NCBI GenBank assembly: GCA_020353515.1
Contig: CP070695.1
Coordinates: forward strand, 1,524,284-1,588,283
Direction of reading: 5' to 3'
Origin: Candidatus Heimdallarchaeota archaeon
GTDB lineage: Archaea > Asgardarchaeota > Heimdallarchaeia > Hodarchaeales > Hodarchaeaceae
DNA: 64,000 nt
The position numbers were made by a program, and so were the translations under genes. This document shows, piece by piece, positions 19,131 to 27,501 of the stretch (the stretch's first letter is position 1; each line of letters starts with the position of its first letter). The notes below the pieces were generated by a model. That model had not been told where the DNA came from. It searched no databases and saw only the letters and a program-made list of their open reading frames with translations.

Positions 19131-20639
19131 TTGGTTATCATAATGGATTTTGATCATAAAAAGGGAAATAATAAAAGATTGATTATTATTGGAGCGGGTC
19201 TAGGTGGTCTTGCATCAGCTATTCGTATGCAGGCAGCAGGTTATGATGTACTTTTATTAGAGAAAACAAACCAAATTGGTGGAAAGGCATCTGTTTTTAA
19301 AATCAATAATCACATCTTTGACGCGGGACCAACTGCTATTACAGTTCCTCACTTAATTCAGGAGCTATTCGATTTAAATAATGAAAATATGAACGATTAT
19401 TTAGAATTAATTCCAATTGAACCATATTTTCGAATTTACTTTCACGATAGGTCTTATTTTAACTATTCAACTGTGGAAGAAAATTTGGCTCAAATAGCGA
19501 AAATAAGTCCAGATGATGTTCAAGGCTATAAAAAGATGATGAAGTCGATTGAACCAATTTTTCAAAAAGGATTTTTAGAGCTTTCTGATAAGCCTTTCAA
19601 GTCATTCTTCTCAATGTTGAAAATTGGGCCTCCATTATTAAAGTTAGGTGCTTATAGATCAGTCTATTCTTATGTTTCAAAATATATTAAAGATGAAAAA
19701 TTACGAATGGTTTTCACTTATCATCCCTTACTGATAGGGGGAAACCCCTTTAAAATCACATCAATTTATATGCTTATTCAGGCTGTTGAAAAAGAATGGG
19801 GAGTTTGGTTTGTAAAAGGTGGAACAAATTCCTTAGTTCGTGAGTTTGGTAATTTATTCACGAGATTAGGAGGAAAAATTATCTTAAATTGTGAAGTGGG
19901 AGAAATAATTGTATCAGATAAGTCAGTTGTTGAAGGAGTAACTACTACGGATGGGAAATATTATGAATCATCTATTATTATTTCTAATGCTCCTGTTGCG
20001 ACAACTTATATGAATATGATCAAGGAAAAATATCGAAAGAAAAATTCCAATAAACGATATACAAATGCTACTTATGGAATGAGCGTATTTATGATCTATT
20101 TTGGAACAGATTGTAAGTATCCAAATCTTTATATCCATAATATCTTATTAGGTCCTCGTTATAAAGGATTACTTAATGATATTTTTAATAAAAAACAATT
20201 AAGCGAGAAAGGAGACTTTTCAGCATATTTATATATCCCTACACGAATTGATCCCTCCCTTGCTCCAAGAGAAGGAGAATCTTGTTATATCTTAGTTCCA
20301 GTACCAAACCAAGATTCTGGTATAGATTGGCATATTAAAAAGAAGCAGTTTCGTGACCACATCATTGGCTTTCTCGAAAAAAATTACATGCCAGGTTTAC
20401 AAAAGCACATAAAGGCTGAAAAGATAATGACTCCAGAAGATTTTGAAAGTTTACATTCAGATTACAAAGGGGCAGTTTTTTCATTAGCTCCAACTTTTCT
20501 CCAGTCAGCTTATTTCAGGCCCCATAGCAAATCCGAGGATATCAAGGGATTATATCTAGTTGGAGCTGGAACGCATCCAGGTGGAGGTATTCCAGGAGTA
20601 ATTTCAAGTGCAAAATTAACTTCTAATCTAATACTTTAA
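19131..20639 (+). CDS. crtI: Phytoene desaturase, copy 2
   Basis: IGAGLGGL, FDAGPT, LLIGGNPF, QSAYFRPH, GAGTHPGGGIPGV. Confidence 0.9.
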   Translation: MVIIMDFDHKKGNNKRLIIIGAGLGGLASAIRMQAAGYDVLLLEKTNQIGGKASVFKINNHIFDAGPTAITVPHLIQELFDLNNENMNDYLELIPIEPYFRIYFHDRSYFNYSTVEENLAQIAKISPDDVQGYKKMMKSIEPIFQKGFLELSDKPFKSFFSMLKIGPPLLKLGAYRSVYSYVSKYIKDEKLRMVFTYHPLLIGGNPFKITSIYMLIQAVEKEWGVWFVKGGTNSLVREFGNLFTRLGGKIILNCEVGEIIVSDKSVVEGVTTTDGKYYESSIIISNAPVATTYMNMIKEKYRKKNSNKRYTNATYGMSVFMIYFGTDCKYPNLYIHNILLGPRYKGLLNDIFNKKQLSEKGDFSAYLYIPTRIDPSLAPREGESCYILVPVPNQDSGIDWHIKKKQFRDHIIGFLEKNYMPGLQKHIKAEKIMTPEDFESLHSDYKGAVFSLAPTFLQSAYFRPHSKSEDIKGLYLVGAGTHPGGGIPGVISSAKLTSNLIL

Positions 20640-20661
20640 AATTCTATGAAGTCAAAAAAGA

Positions 20662-21633
20662 TTAATTCCTATGAAGGCTCCAATAGAATTCTAATCTAAT
20701 TCTTAGTGCAATTAATATTTTTCTAAATTTTGAAACAATAGCTCTCTGTGATAGTACTTGATAATTTAATCTTTTTATTTCATTTAATATTTCTTTATAT
20801 ATGCGTGAAGCAACTTTGACGGTATAGGCTGCCGCTGGGGGTAATTCTTCTATGCCAAGATCTGCTATACGATAAAAAGCCCTTGCCCGCTCCGATTCAT
20901 AACGTATAAGTGCTTTAAGATTTTCTTTTACAATCTTTTTCTTAAGATCTTTCTTTGAAACTCTATAAATCTTTCTTGTCTCTTCGGGGAGATATATTCT
21001 TCCTTTATTGAAATCTTCCTTAATATCTCTAAGAATATTGGTTAATTGCATTGCTTTTCCTAAATCAGCGGCACGAGCGAGAGTGTGTGGAGCGGGGTTT
21101 TCCAAAAAGATATGAGTCATCATAAGGCCGACTGTACTTGCCACTCGATACATATACAGATCTAATTCCTCATCAGTTTGATATTCTTTCTTAGTGAGAT
21201 CCATACGGACTCCTTCAATAAGCTCATGGATATAATTGATTGGAATATTATGTCTTTGAATTGTATCTCCAAAAGCTTGAAGTATTGGATCCGTTGTAAC
21301 AAAATTTTCAGCTAATCTTTCTACAACTGTTTTCAGATCATAAAGCAAATCAGTAATTTCTTTGATACAAGTCCCTTCAGGGGCCTCATCAACGATATCA
21401 TCTGCTAACCTGCAGAACGCATACAGAGCTGCGACGGATTTTCGTTGTTCGTGTGGTAAAAACCTACTAGCAAAATAGAATGACTTGCTATGAACTGCCA
21501 TCCATTGTAAACACTTCTTATAGCTTGCTTCAAGAGAATGACTTGTTACATGAAGTTTTATATCTGTCTTTTGTGGAAAAATATACCAATTTTTTCCAAG
21601 CTTTGTGGAATACTTCATATTTTGGTGCTCCAT
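20662..21633 (-). CDS. crtB: Phytoene synthase, copy 2
   Basis: Same DDIVD and NILRD motifs; long blocks identical to copy 1. Confidence 0.92.
   Translation of the reverse strand: MEHQNMKYSTKLGKNWYIFPQKTDIKLHVTSHSLEASYKKCLQWMAVHSKSFYFASRFLPHEQRKSVAALYAFCRLADDIVDEAPEGTCIKEITDLLYDLKTVVERLAENFVTTDPILQAFGDTIQRHNIPINYIHELIEGVRMDLTKKEYQTDEELDLYMYRVASTVGLMMTHIFLENPAPHTLARAADLGKAMQLTNILRDIKEDFNKGRIYLPEETRKIYRVSKKDLKKKIVKENLKALIRYESERARAFYRIADLGIEELPPAAAYTVKVASRIYKEILNEIKRLNYQVLSQRAIVSKFRKILIALRIRLEFYWSLHRN
21025..21192. repeat. Inverted near-identical repeat shared by the two crtB genes (partner 16512-16679)
   Basis: 16512-16588 is the reverse complement of 21116-21192 (77 bp); 16626-16679 is the reverse complement of 21025-21078 (54 bp). 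Confidence 0.9.
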
Positions 21634-21664
21634 CTAGCGCTAATTGTTACTATTTACGTGTGTT

Positions 21665-21877
21665 TCACGGGATCAGTCTTCGTGGAATATAATCGGCAAG
21701 TTTCTTGTTACGAGGAATACGAGAGACGAAAGCATCCATACGACATTCAGAACACCTCAAACGAAGCATATTATGATTAACAATGGCAGAAAGCGTATGG
21801 GTGTGACACCAAGGGCATAATAATTCGATTTCTGCTCGTGATTGAAGCTCTAAATCTTCCTCCAGTTCAATGGTCAT
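21665..21877 (-). CDS. Small zinc-ribbon protein
   Basis: CPWC...CSEC; GGAGG SD upstream. Confidence 0.7.
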   Translation of the reverse strand: MTIELEEDLELQSRAEIELLCPWCHTHTLSAIVNHNMLRLRCSECRMDAFVSRIPRNKKLADYIPRRLIP

Positions 21878-21963
21878 AAAATTAACCTCCTTTTACAATT
21901 TTACATCACTCACAATTGAGGGAAAATTTCTCTAGTTTTGTGTATTCTGTATTAAGTGATTAA

Positions 21964-22419
21964 CTAAGAAATATGTTCGAAAATTCGCTCCATTTTAATT
22001 AATTTAGAGACTTTTGAAACACCATTGAGTTGTTTAAGTTTTTTAATGAAGTAATTTAAGTCTTGAAGGGTTTCAGAAAGAACTTCAAGCATAAAAATTC
22101 TTTCATCATTGGCTCGATAGAGAGAAAGAAGTCTACTGTTGCTTTGTTCTGCTTGGGCTGGTAATAGCTCCATTTGGATAAAATTCTCATAGCTCGGTTC
22201 AAGTTGAAATGTAATTATCGCTTGGATTCCGTATCCGAGATTTTCGGGAGATGTTATAACTTTAAAACCCTGGATAACTCCTTTTGCTTGCAATCGTCTG
22301 ACGCGGTTTCTAACTGTGCCCTCGGTTCTTTGAATAGACCTTGCAATTTCTGTGAACTTGGTTCTACCATTGTGATCTAAAATTTCTAGAATTTTCCTAT
22401 CAATTTCATCATAATTCAT
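21964..22419 (-). CDS. Lrp/AsnC family regulator
   Basis: DEIDRKILEIL..NGR, TEGTVRNRVRRL..GVI. Confidence 0.9.
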   Translation of the reverse strand: MNYDEIDRKILEILDHNGRTKFTEIARSIQRTEGTVRNRVRRLQAKGVIQGFKVITSPENLGYGIQAIITFQLEPSYENFIQMELLPAQAEQSNSRLLSLYRANDERIFMLEVLSETLQDLNYFIKKLKQLNGVSKVSKLIKMERIFEHIS

Positions 22420-22584
22420 GGAGTTTCCTCAACATAACTTTTAAGATCTTAATTTTAAGATTAGAATTTTTAGGAGATTAAGGTCTCTTAAGTTATTATG
22501 TTAATTCAAATAAACAAAATGTAGCTTTCAAGGGAGTTAACTTAAATCAAATTGAGTTGCAGAAAATCATAAGGATTATAAATT

Positions 22585-22708
22585 AAAAAACGAAAATCAA
22601 AAGAAATAAAATCTATCAAAACTGACTACAACAAAAATTTTCACTTGGAATTTTAGGAATCGTATGAAAGACTCTCAAGCAATTAAACCTCAATTGATCT
22701 ATCCCTAA
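22585..22708 (+). pseudogene. 3' remnant of a PNPOx-like paralog of 18238..18720
   Basis: Translates KIFTWNFRNRMKDSQAIKPQLIYP* versus NIFSWNFKNRMKDSRAIKPQLTCL*; no intact upstream frame. Confidence 0.75.
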
Positions 22709-22839
22709 TGAAAAATTCTTTTCTTTTCAAAGACTCGCGGAATTTAGTTTTTCATAATTCTACTACCTTTTTTAACGCGATTAGGGTTAGTTATCAGTAA
22801 GTAGATAACTTATAATTTAAGATATTAAGAAAAAAAATA

Positions 22840-23325
22840 ATGAGTAATCAAGTAAAGAAAACCACTACAGAAGAGGAAAATCTTGAATTGGATACTGATT
22901 TGAAGATTTTCTTGAAACAGTGGTTTTCAGGCTTTTTAAAAGGAATAAAGGAACTTGATGACGATAACCTGCTCAAGATTTTAGCACTAACAGGCCGAGC
23001 CTGTGTTAAAATCCATTCTAGTGGATCGTTCTGGGAAATATGGGAGGCTACCCGTAATATCGATGATTTTATCTCAAAAATCAATGAATTTCATGGTGAA
23101 GAGATCTATAAAAGAGTTGATAATAGAATATTTGTGACTTACACTAGTTGTCGCTGCCCGCTCGTTAAATTTGATATTGTTAATTCTCCTGTTATTTGTT
23201 ATTGTTTCAATCGGTTAGGAGAAAATTTTGAGACAATCTTGAAAGAATCAGTTAAAGTATTCACAGAGAACACAATTCTTAGGGGAGGTAAGTGTTGTAA
23301 GTTTATAATTTTCATTGGATCCTAA
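22840..23325 (+). CDS. V4R/ATC-hydrolase-like (DUF6144-like) Cys-containing protein
   Basis: GRAC, CRCP, CYC, TILRGGKCCKF. Confidence 0.6.
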   Translation: MSNQVKKTTTEEENLELDTDLKIFLKQWFSGFLKGIKELDDDNLLKILALTGRACVKIHSSGSFWEIWEATRNIDDFISKINEFHGEEIYKRVDNRIFVTYTSCRCPLVKFDIVNSPVICYCFNRLGENFETILKESVKVFTENTILRGGKCCKFIIFIGS

Positions 23326-23349
23326 AATAAACTACTAGGATCACTGCTA

Positions 23350-24864
23350 CTAATCTTTCCAACAATCTTTTAGAATCTTTAAGGCACACGTATAGCCCGC
23401 CATTATTGCTCCAGAAAAACCACCACTTCCAGTCCAGGCTGATGCACAATACAAATTGTTAATCGGAGGTTTTCGAATCTCATGTTTCATTGGTCCAACT
23501 TGATCGGGGATTTGAGCAAATCCATAAACTGTACCTTCGGGATTTAATGTGTAACGTACCATAGTTTTTGGAGTACCGACCTCACTATAAATAATTATAT
23601 CCTTTATACCAGGAATTATTGTTTCTAACCTATCAATAAGAGTCTGTGCTACTTCTTCCTTTTTATTATTATATTCTGTTTCATTTAAGTGAATCCAATG
23701 ATCCAGGTAATCAATGGTACAAATTACCCCAGTATAAATCCCTTCTTCATTGATCTGAGAATCTATCATGCTATAATCGACAAAAGTGAATCCTTTCTTT
23801 GAGTAATCATTCATTCTCTCTTGTGGATAGAAATCCTTCAATTTAGTGAGATCTTCAGAAAGTACAAATATTGAATAGGCATTATGTCCTAAACTTGCGG
23901 TAGGCTTAGAGAAACCAAGATATAAAGAAAGAATTGAACATGCTAGCTTAAGGGAATTGACTTTCTTTTGGTACTCCGTATTTTGGAGTGATGGAACTAG
24001 ATCATTGACAACGTTTGGTAGAGCTGCATTAGCTAATACCACTTTTGCATATACAGAAAATTCTTCGCGATCTTCATCATCTTTTTGCTTTGTACGGATA
24101 TATTTAACTCCTTTAGCCCTCTTATTTTCGGTGATAATTTCAGTAACCAAGTGTTTTAGAATAACAGTGCCATTATTATTAGAAATAACGCTAGCTAAAT
24201 AGTCAGAAAGTGATTGAGATCCGCCTTTGATGAAATGTCCACCACCAGTAAAGTAACTGATCTGAGGAGCAGAAAAGAAAATCATAGATAAGCTGTAAGG
24301 ATCATCATGATAATACCCCAAATTTCCAGTTAAAACGAATTTTAGATCTTCATTGTCAGTGATTGTATCAAGGTACTCTCCGATACTAGTCTGACTGATA
24401 GAAGCTAGTTTTTCTAAGTTTCCTTCCACAAGAAAACTGTATGTTTGTTTGATATCTTTAAAGAAAGTTTCAATGGCTTCTATCTCATCAGGGAATGCTT
24501 TCGAGAGAACATTTATGGCTTCAGGAATATTATGAGGTATAGTTAGATCGAATCTACCATTTGTTATCTTAAAAAACTCAGGAACCCGAATAAATTCCAC
24601 ATTGGAATTCACTTCTAACTCTTCAAAGATCCGTTTTTTAGGGTCGAATGCACTGTCAAGGCCATCCATCTCATGTAATCCGACTTCAAAACCAGTTTTT
24701 CGGCCTCTAATCTTTCTATGAAAGACTGTTGCACACCCACCCACTTTATTATGTTGTTCAATTAAGAGAACCTTTTTTCCCTCTTTAGCTAGTTGTGCTC
24801 CTGCAGTTAATCCTGCCAGTCCTGAACCTATGATTATCACATCGTGTTCCTGCATTCCTATCAA
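23350..24864 (-). CDS. FAD-dependent oxidoreductase, CrtI/all-trans-retinol saturase superfamily
   Basis: IGSGLAGL, VGGC, KGGSQSL, GTPKT..RYTLNPEGTVYG, GGFSGA. Confidence 0.85.
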   Translation of the reverse strand: MIGMQEHDVIIIGSGLAGLTAGAQLAKEGKKVLLIEQHNKVGGCATVFHRKIRGRKTGFEVGLHEMDGLDSAFDPKKRIFEELEVNSNVEFIRVPEFFKITNGRFDLTIPHNIPEAINVLSKAFPDEIEAIETFFKDIKQTYSFLVEGNLEKLASISQTSIGEYLDTITDNEDLKFVLTGNLGYYHDDPYSLSMIFFSAPQISYFTGGGHFIKGGSQSLSDYLASVISNNNGTVILKHLVTEIITENKRAKGVKYIRTKQKDDEDREEFSVYAKVVLANAALPNVVNDLVPSLQNTEYQKKVNSLKLACSILSLYLGFSKPTASLGHNAYSIFVLSEDLTKLKDFYPQERMNDYSKKGFTFVDYSMIDSQINEEGIYTGVICTIDYLDHWIHLNETEYNNKKEEVAQTLIDRLETIIPGIKDIIIYSEVGTPKTMVRYTLNPEGTVYGFAQIPDQVGPMKHEIRKPPINNLYCASAWTGSGGFSGAIMAGYTCALKILKDCWKD

Positions 24865-24938
24865 TCCCAGTCAAGCATTGTCATTTTGGTAAATGAGAAG
24901 TTAGATATATCAATATTAATATCTTCTGTAAGTCCTTA

Positions 24939-26573
24939 TTGAAAAACAGATTTTCTGACATAGTGAAAGAAAATAAAGTAAAGGAAAAAGTTCAAAAAAT
25001 AATACTCATCTGTCTGGATTTAATGAATGAAATCGAATATCAAATTATAGATGTTTATGAAAGTAATAATCTTAAGGGAGGAGTTTTACAAAATTTACCT
25101 GCTTATTTGACTGTATCATTCAATATAGAAAGAGAGACGAATTACAATTTCATTGCAGAGTCTCCTAAAGGAGAAATCACAGGTAACATATCGGGGAAGG
25201 CTCAACCTGGATTTTATCATCACTGGCGAATTCCAATTCTCGAACAACCAGGAGATTGGAAAGTTGAGATCCATTTACACTTTGATAAACCAGTGGGGAT
25301 GATTCGTGAAAGTATTTCTATTCATGTTCCTTCAAATATCTTTGAGTATCAGTTAGATGAGGAGGCCTCTTGGGATAATGATTATTTAAAGGATTTAAAT
25401 GTCCCAACTCAAGATGAAATTCAATATGTTGATGTAACCTCTAGGTTCGCTGAACTGGACGCTCACTGGTTGCAAGTAGAGCCAGAGTTAAATATTTGGC
25501 GATATATTCACCAAGATGTTGAAAGTAAGTTAAAAGAAGAACGATTTTTTCCAATTCTACTTATACATGGATTCCATTCACATTATTCCACTTGGAATTG
25601 GATAGTGCGGTACCTTTGGGCGGATGGTTTTAGGAATATCTTTGCAATGGCTTTATATGATGATACTCTAGGAGTAGAAACGAATACTCATCATCTTGAG
25701 AATGTAATTTACGAAATTTTACACCTAACAAATCATGAAGCCTTATATATCATTGGACATTCACTAGGAGGTTTAATGGGAAGATTCTTTGTAAAAACAT
25801 TTGATCCCAGAAAGGTCAAACTGCTAGTGACTATTGGTTCTCCCCATTTATGTGGTCTATCTCGATTGCCAAGATTAGTCGCTTTTAATATTATTAATCG
25901 AAGAGCTCAAATTACTAAACGTGACCTAGAATTACATCCTTCAAGTACACTTAAGAAAACCCAGAAGATTTTTACAGAAGCAGACTTGTATCTTTTGTCA
26001 ATGGTCAATATTTGTGGTACAAAAGTTCGAGGAGGAGATACTGGATTCAAATTTAAGGATAATCTTGTACCAGATATGATTAATCTTGGTGTGAATTATA
26101 TCCACACATCATTGCATAAGAATGAAGACACTTATCGCATTATACGTAATCTAGTCTTTGGTAAATCAATTATTTATAAAATTCGTCTGCTTTATATTAC
26201 CCCCACAATTGATTCTCCAAAGAAATCTCAAATCTGTCTGAATTTTAGACCGAGAGGTCAGAAAGATTATCAACAATACCCATTCAATGATTTCATTCAA
26301 TTAGGGAAGAATGAGCCCTATATTCCACAAATTCCTATGATTGTCTTTACATACTTAAGAAGTGAAAAGAATATCAAGCGTGAAAGGCTAGAAATCCAAA
26401 TCTGTGATCAGAAGAAAAGAGTATTAGTTGAGGATGAAGTGATATTTGCTCTAGGGGCTAAGGAGGAAGTTAGTGACCACTTTAATCTTGATACAGGAAC
26501 AGGATATATGATTCAATTTGCTGTATATTCCTACCGGCTTCACTATGGATTCAATTCTTTGAATCAACGCTGA
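24939..26573 (+). CDS. Alpha/beta hydrolase (lipase/PGAP1-like) with extra domains (likely start 25023)
   Basis: LLIHGF oxyanion motif, GHSLGG nucleophile elbow, TIGSPH. Confidence 0.8.
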   Translation: MKNRFSDIVKENKVKEKVQKIILICLDLMNEIEYQIIDVYESNNLKGGVLQNLPAYLTVSFNIERETNYNFIAESPKGEITGNISGKAQPGFYHHWRIPILEQPGDWKVEIHLHFDKPVGMIRESISIHVPSNIFEYQLDEEASWDNDYLKDLNVPTQDEIQYVDVTSRFAELDAHWLQVEPELNIWRYIHQDVESKLKEERFFPILLIHGFHSHYSTWNWIVRYLWADGFRNIFAMALYDDTLGVETNTHHLENVIYEILHLTNHEALYIIGHSLGGLMGRFFVKTFDPRKVKLLVTIGSPHLCGLSRLPRLVAFNIINRRAQITKRDLELHPSSTLKKTQKIFTEADLYLLSMVNICGTKVRGGDTGFKFKDNLVPDMINLGVNYIHTSLHKNEDTYRIIRNLVFGKSIIYKIRLLYITPTIDSPKKSQICLNFRPRGQKDYQQYPFNDFIQLGKNEPYIPQIPMIVFTYLRSEKNIKRERLEIQICDQKKRVLVEDEVIFALGAKEEVSDHFNLDTGTGYMIQFAVYSYRLHYGFNSLNQR

Positions 26574-27484
26574 TAATATGATTCAATAAATTCTTCGATC
26601 AGTCTAGGGGGGACGCGAGTAAGCTTATGAAGGAATTTATTGAATTCTTTTTGTTTTTTTGAGGAAACAGTGATATCTTCAATTTTAGTGTTAAATTTTA
26701 ACTCAAGAAGTTTGATATAATGAGTTTCGGTTTTTAAAAATAGATTCCTTAATGAGTGCATAACATTATTACTTATCTCCCTTGCATTAAGAAAAAAATC
26801 AGTTTTTGATTCAGACCACCCCCCTTTCCGAGAATACTGTTGAAAATCTAAAGGTTCACCAAAAGAAATTGAAATATAGGATCCAAATTTTGGAATTATT
26901 GTGCCTGGTCTCAGGGCTTCAGCTGATCCATGAATATACACTGGCATCACCGGGATTTTACCATTAGTAGTAAGAACAATTCTACCAATTCCGGCTCGTC
27001 CTTCTTCAGCTAAACTAAAAAAGTCATGGTACGGAGTTCTATGAATACGTCTGCCTTGTGGTGTTATTAAAACAGCGAAACCTTCCAGTACGGATTTGGA
27101 TGCGTAATCAAGGGTTGGTTTAGGATTTTCACGAAAAATTGGGATTGCTCCTAAAGTTAATAGGATTCTACCTGGCAAAGTTCCCAACAGAATCTTCCCG
27201 GAAGCAATAAATCCAAGAAATTTCCTTGGCCCGAAAGGAGTAAGAATAGCACTAATGACCATAAAACCATCTAGATGAGACTGATGGTTAATACAGAAGA
27301 TAATACCCCTTCCTTCAGGAAATTTTTCAAGGTTTTTTGCCCCATTTACTTCAAACTGAAATAGAAATCGAATAATCCTCGGTAAAATTGGAGTTAGCAG
27401 AAGGTAAAAAGCTCTCCTTCGAAAAGACCACCGTTTAGTATAATGGGACTTGTTTGACAAAGCTAAGATCAACCTTGTTTTCAA
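26564..27484 (-). CDS. plsC: Lysophospholipid/1-acyl-glycerol-3-phosphate acyltransferase
   Basis: NHQSHLD (HX4D), GAIPIFR, ITPQGRR, PVMPVYI. Confidence 0.85.
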   Translation of the reverse strand: MKTRLILALSNKSHYTKRWSFRRRAFYLLLTPILPRIIRFLFQFEVNGAKNLEKFPEGRGIIFCINHQSHLDGFMVISAILTPFGPRKFLGFIASGKILLGTLPGRILLTLGAIPIFRENPKPTLDYASKSVLEGFAVLITPQGRRIHRTPYHDFFSLAEEGRAGIGRIVLTTNGKIPVMPVYIHGSAEALRPGTIIPKFGSYISISFGEPLDFQQYSRKGGWSESKTDFFLNAREISNNVMHSLRNLFLKTETHYIKLLELKFNTKIEDITVSSKKQKEFNKFLHKLTRVPPRLIEEFIESYYQR

Positions 27485-27501
27485 AAATAATAGAGAAAAG
27501 C

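Noticed and set aside
21665-21877. CPWCH as a c-type heme-binding CxxCH
   Set aside because: No signal peptide, and a second CxxC pair; a zinc ribbon fits better
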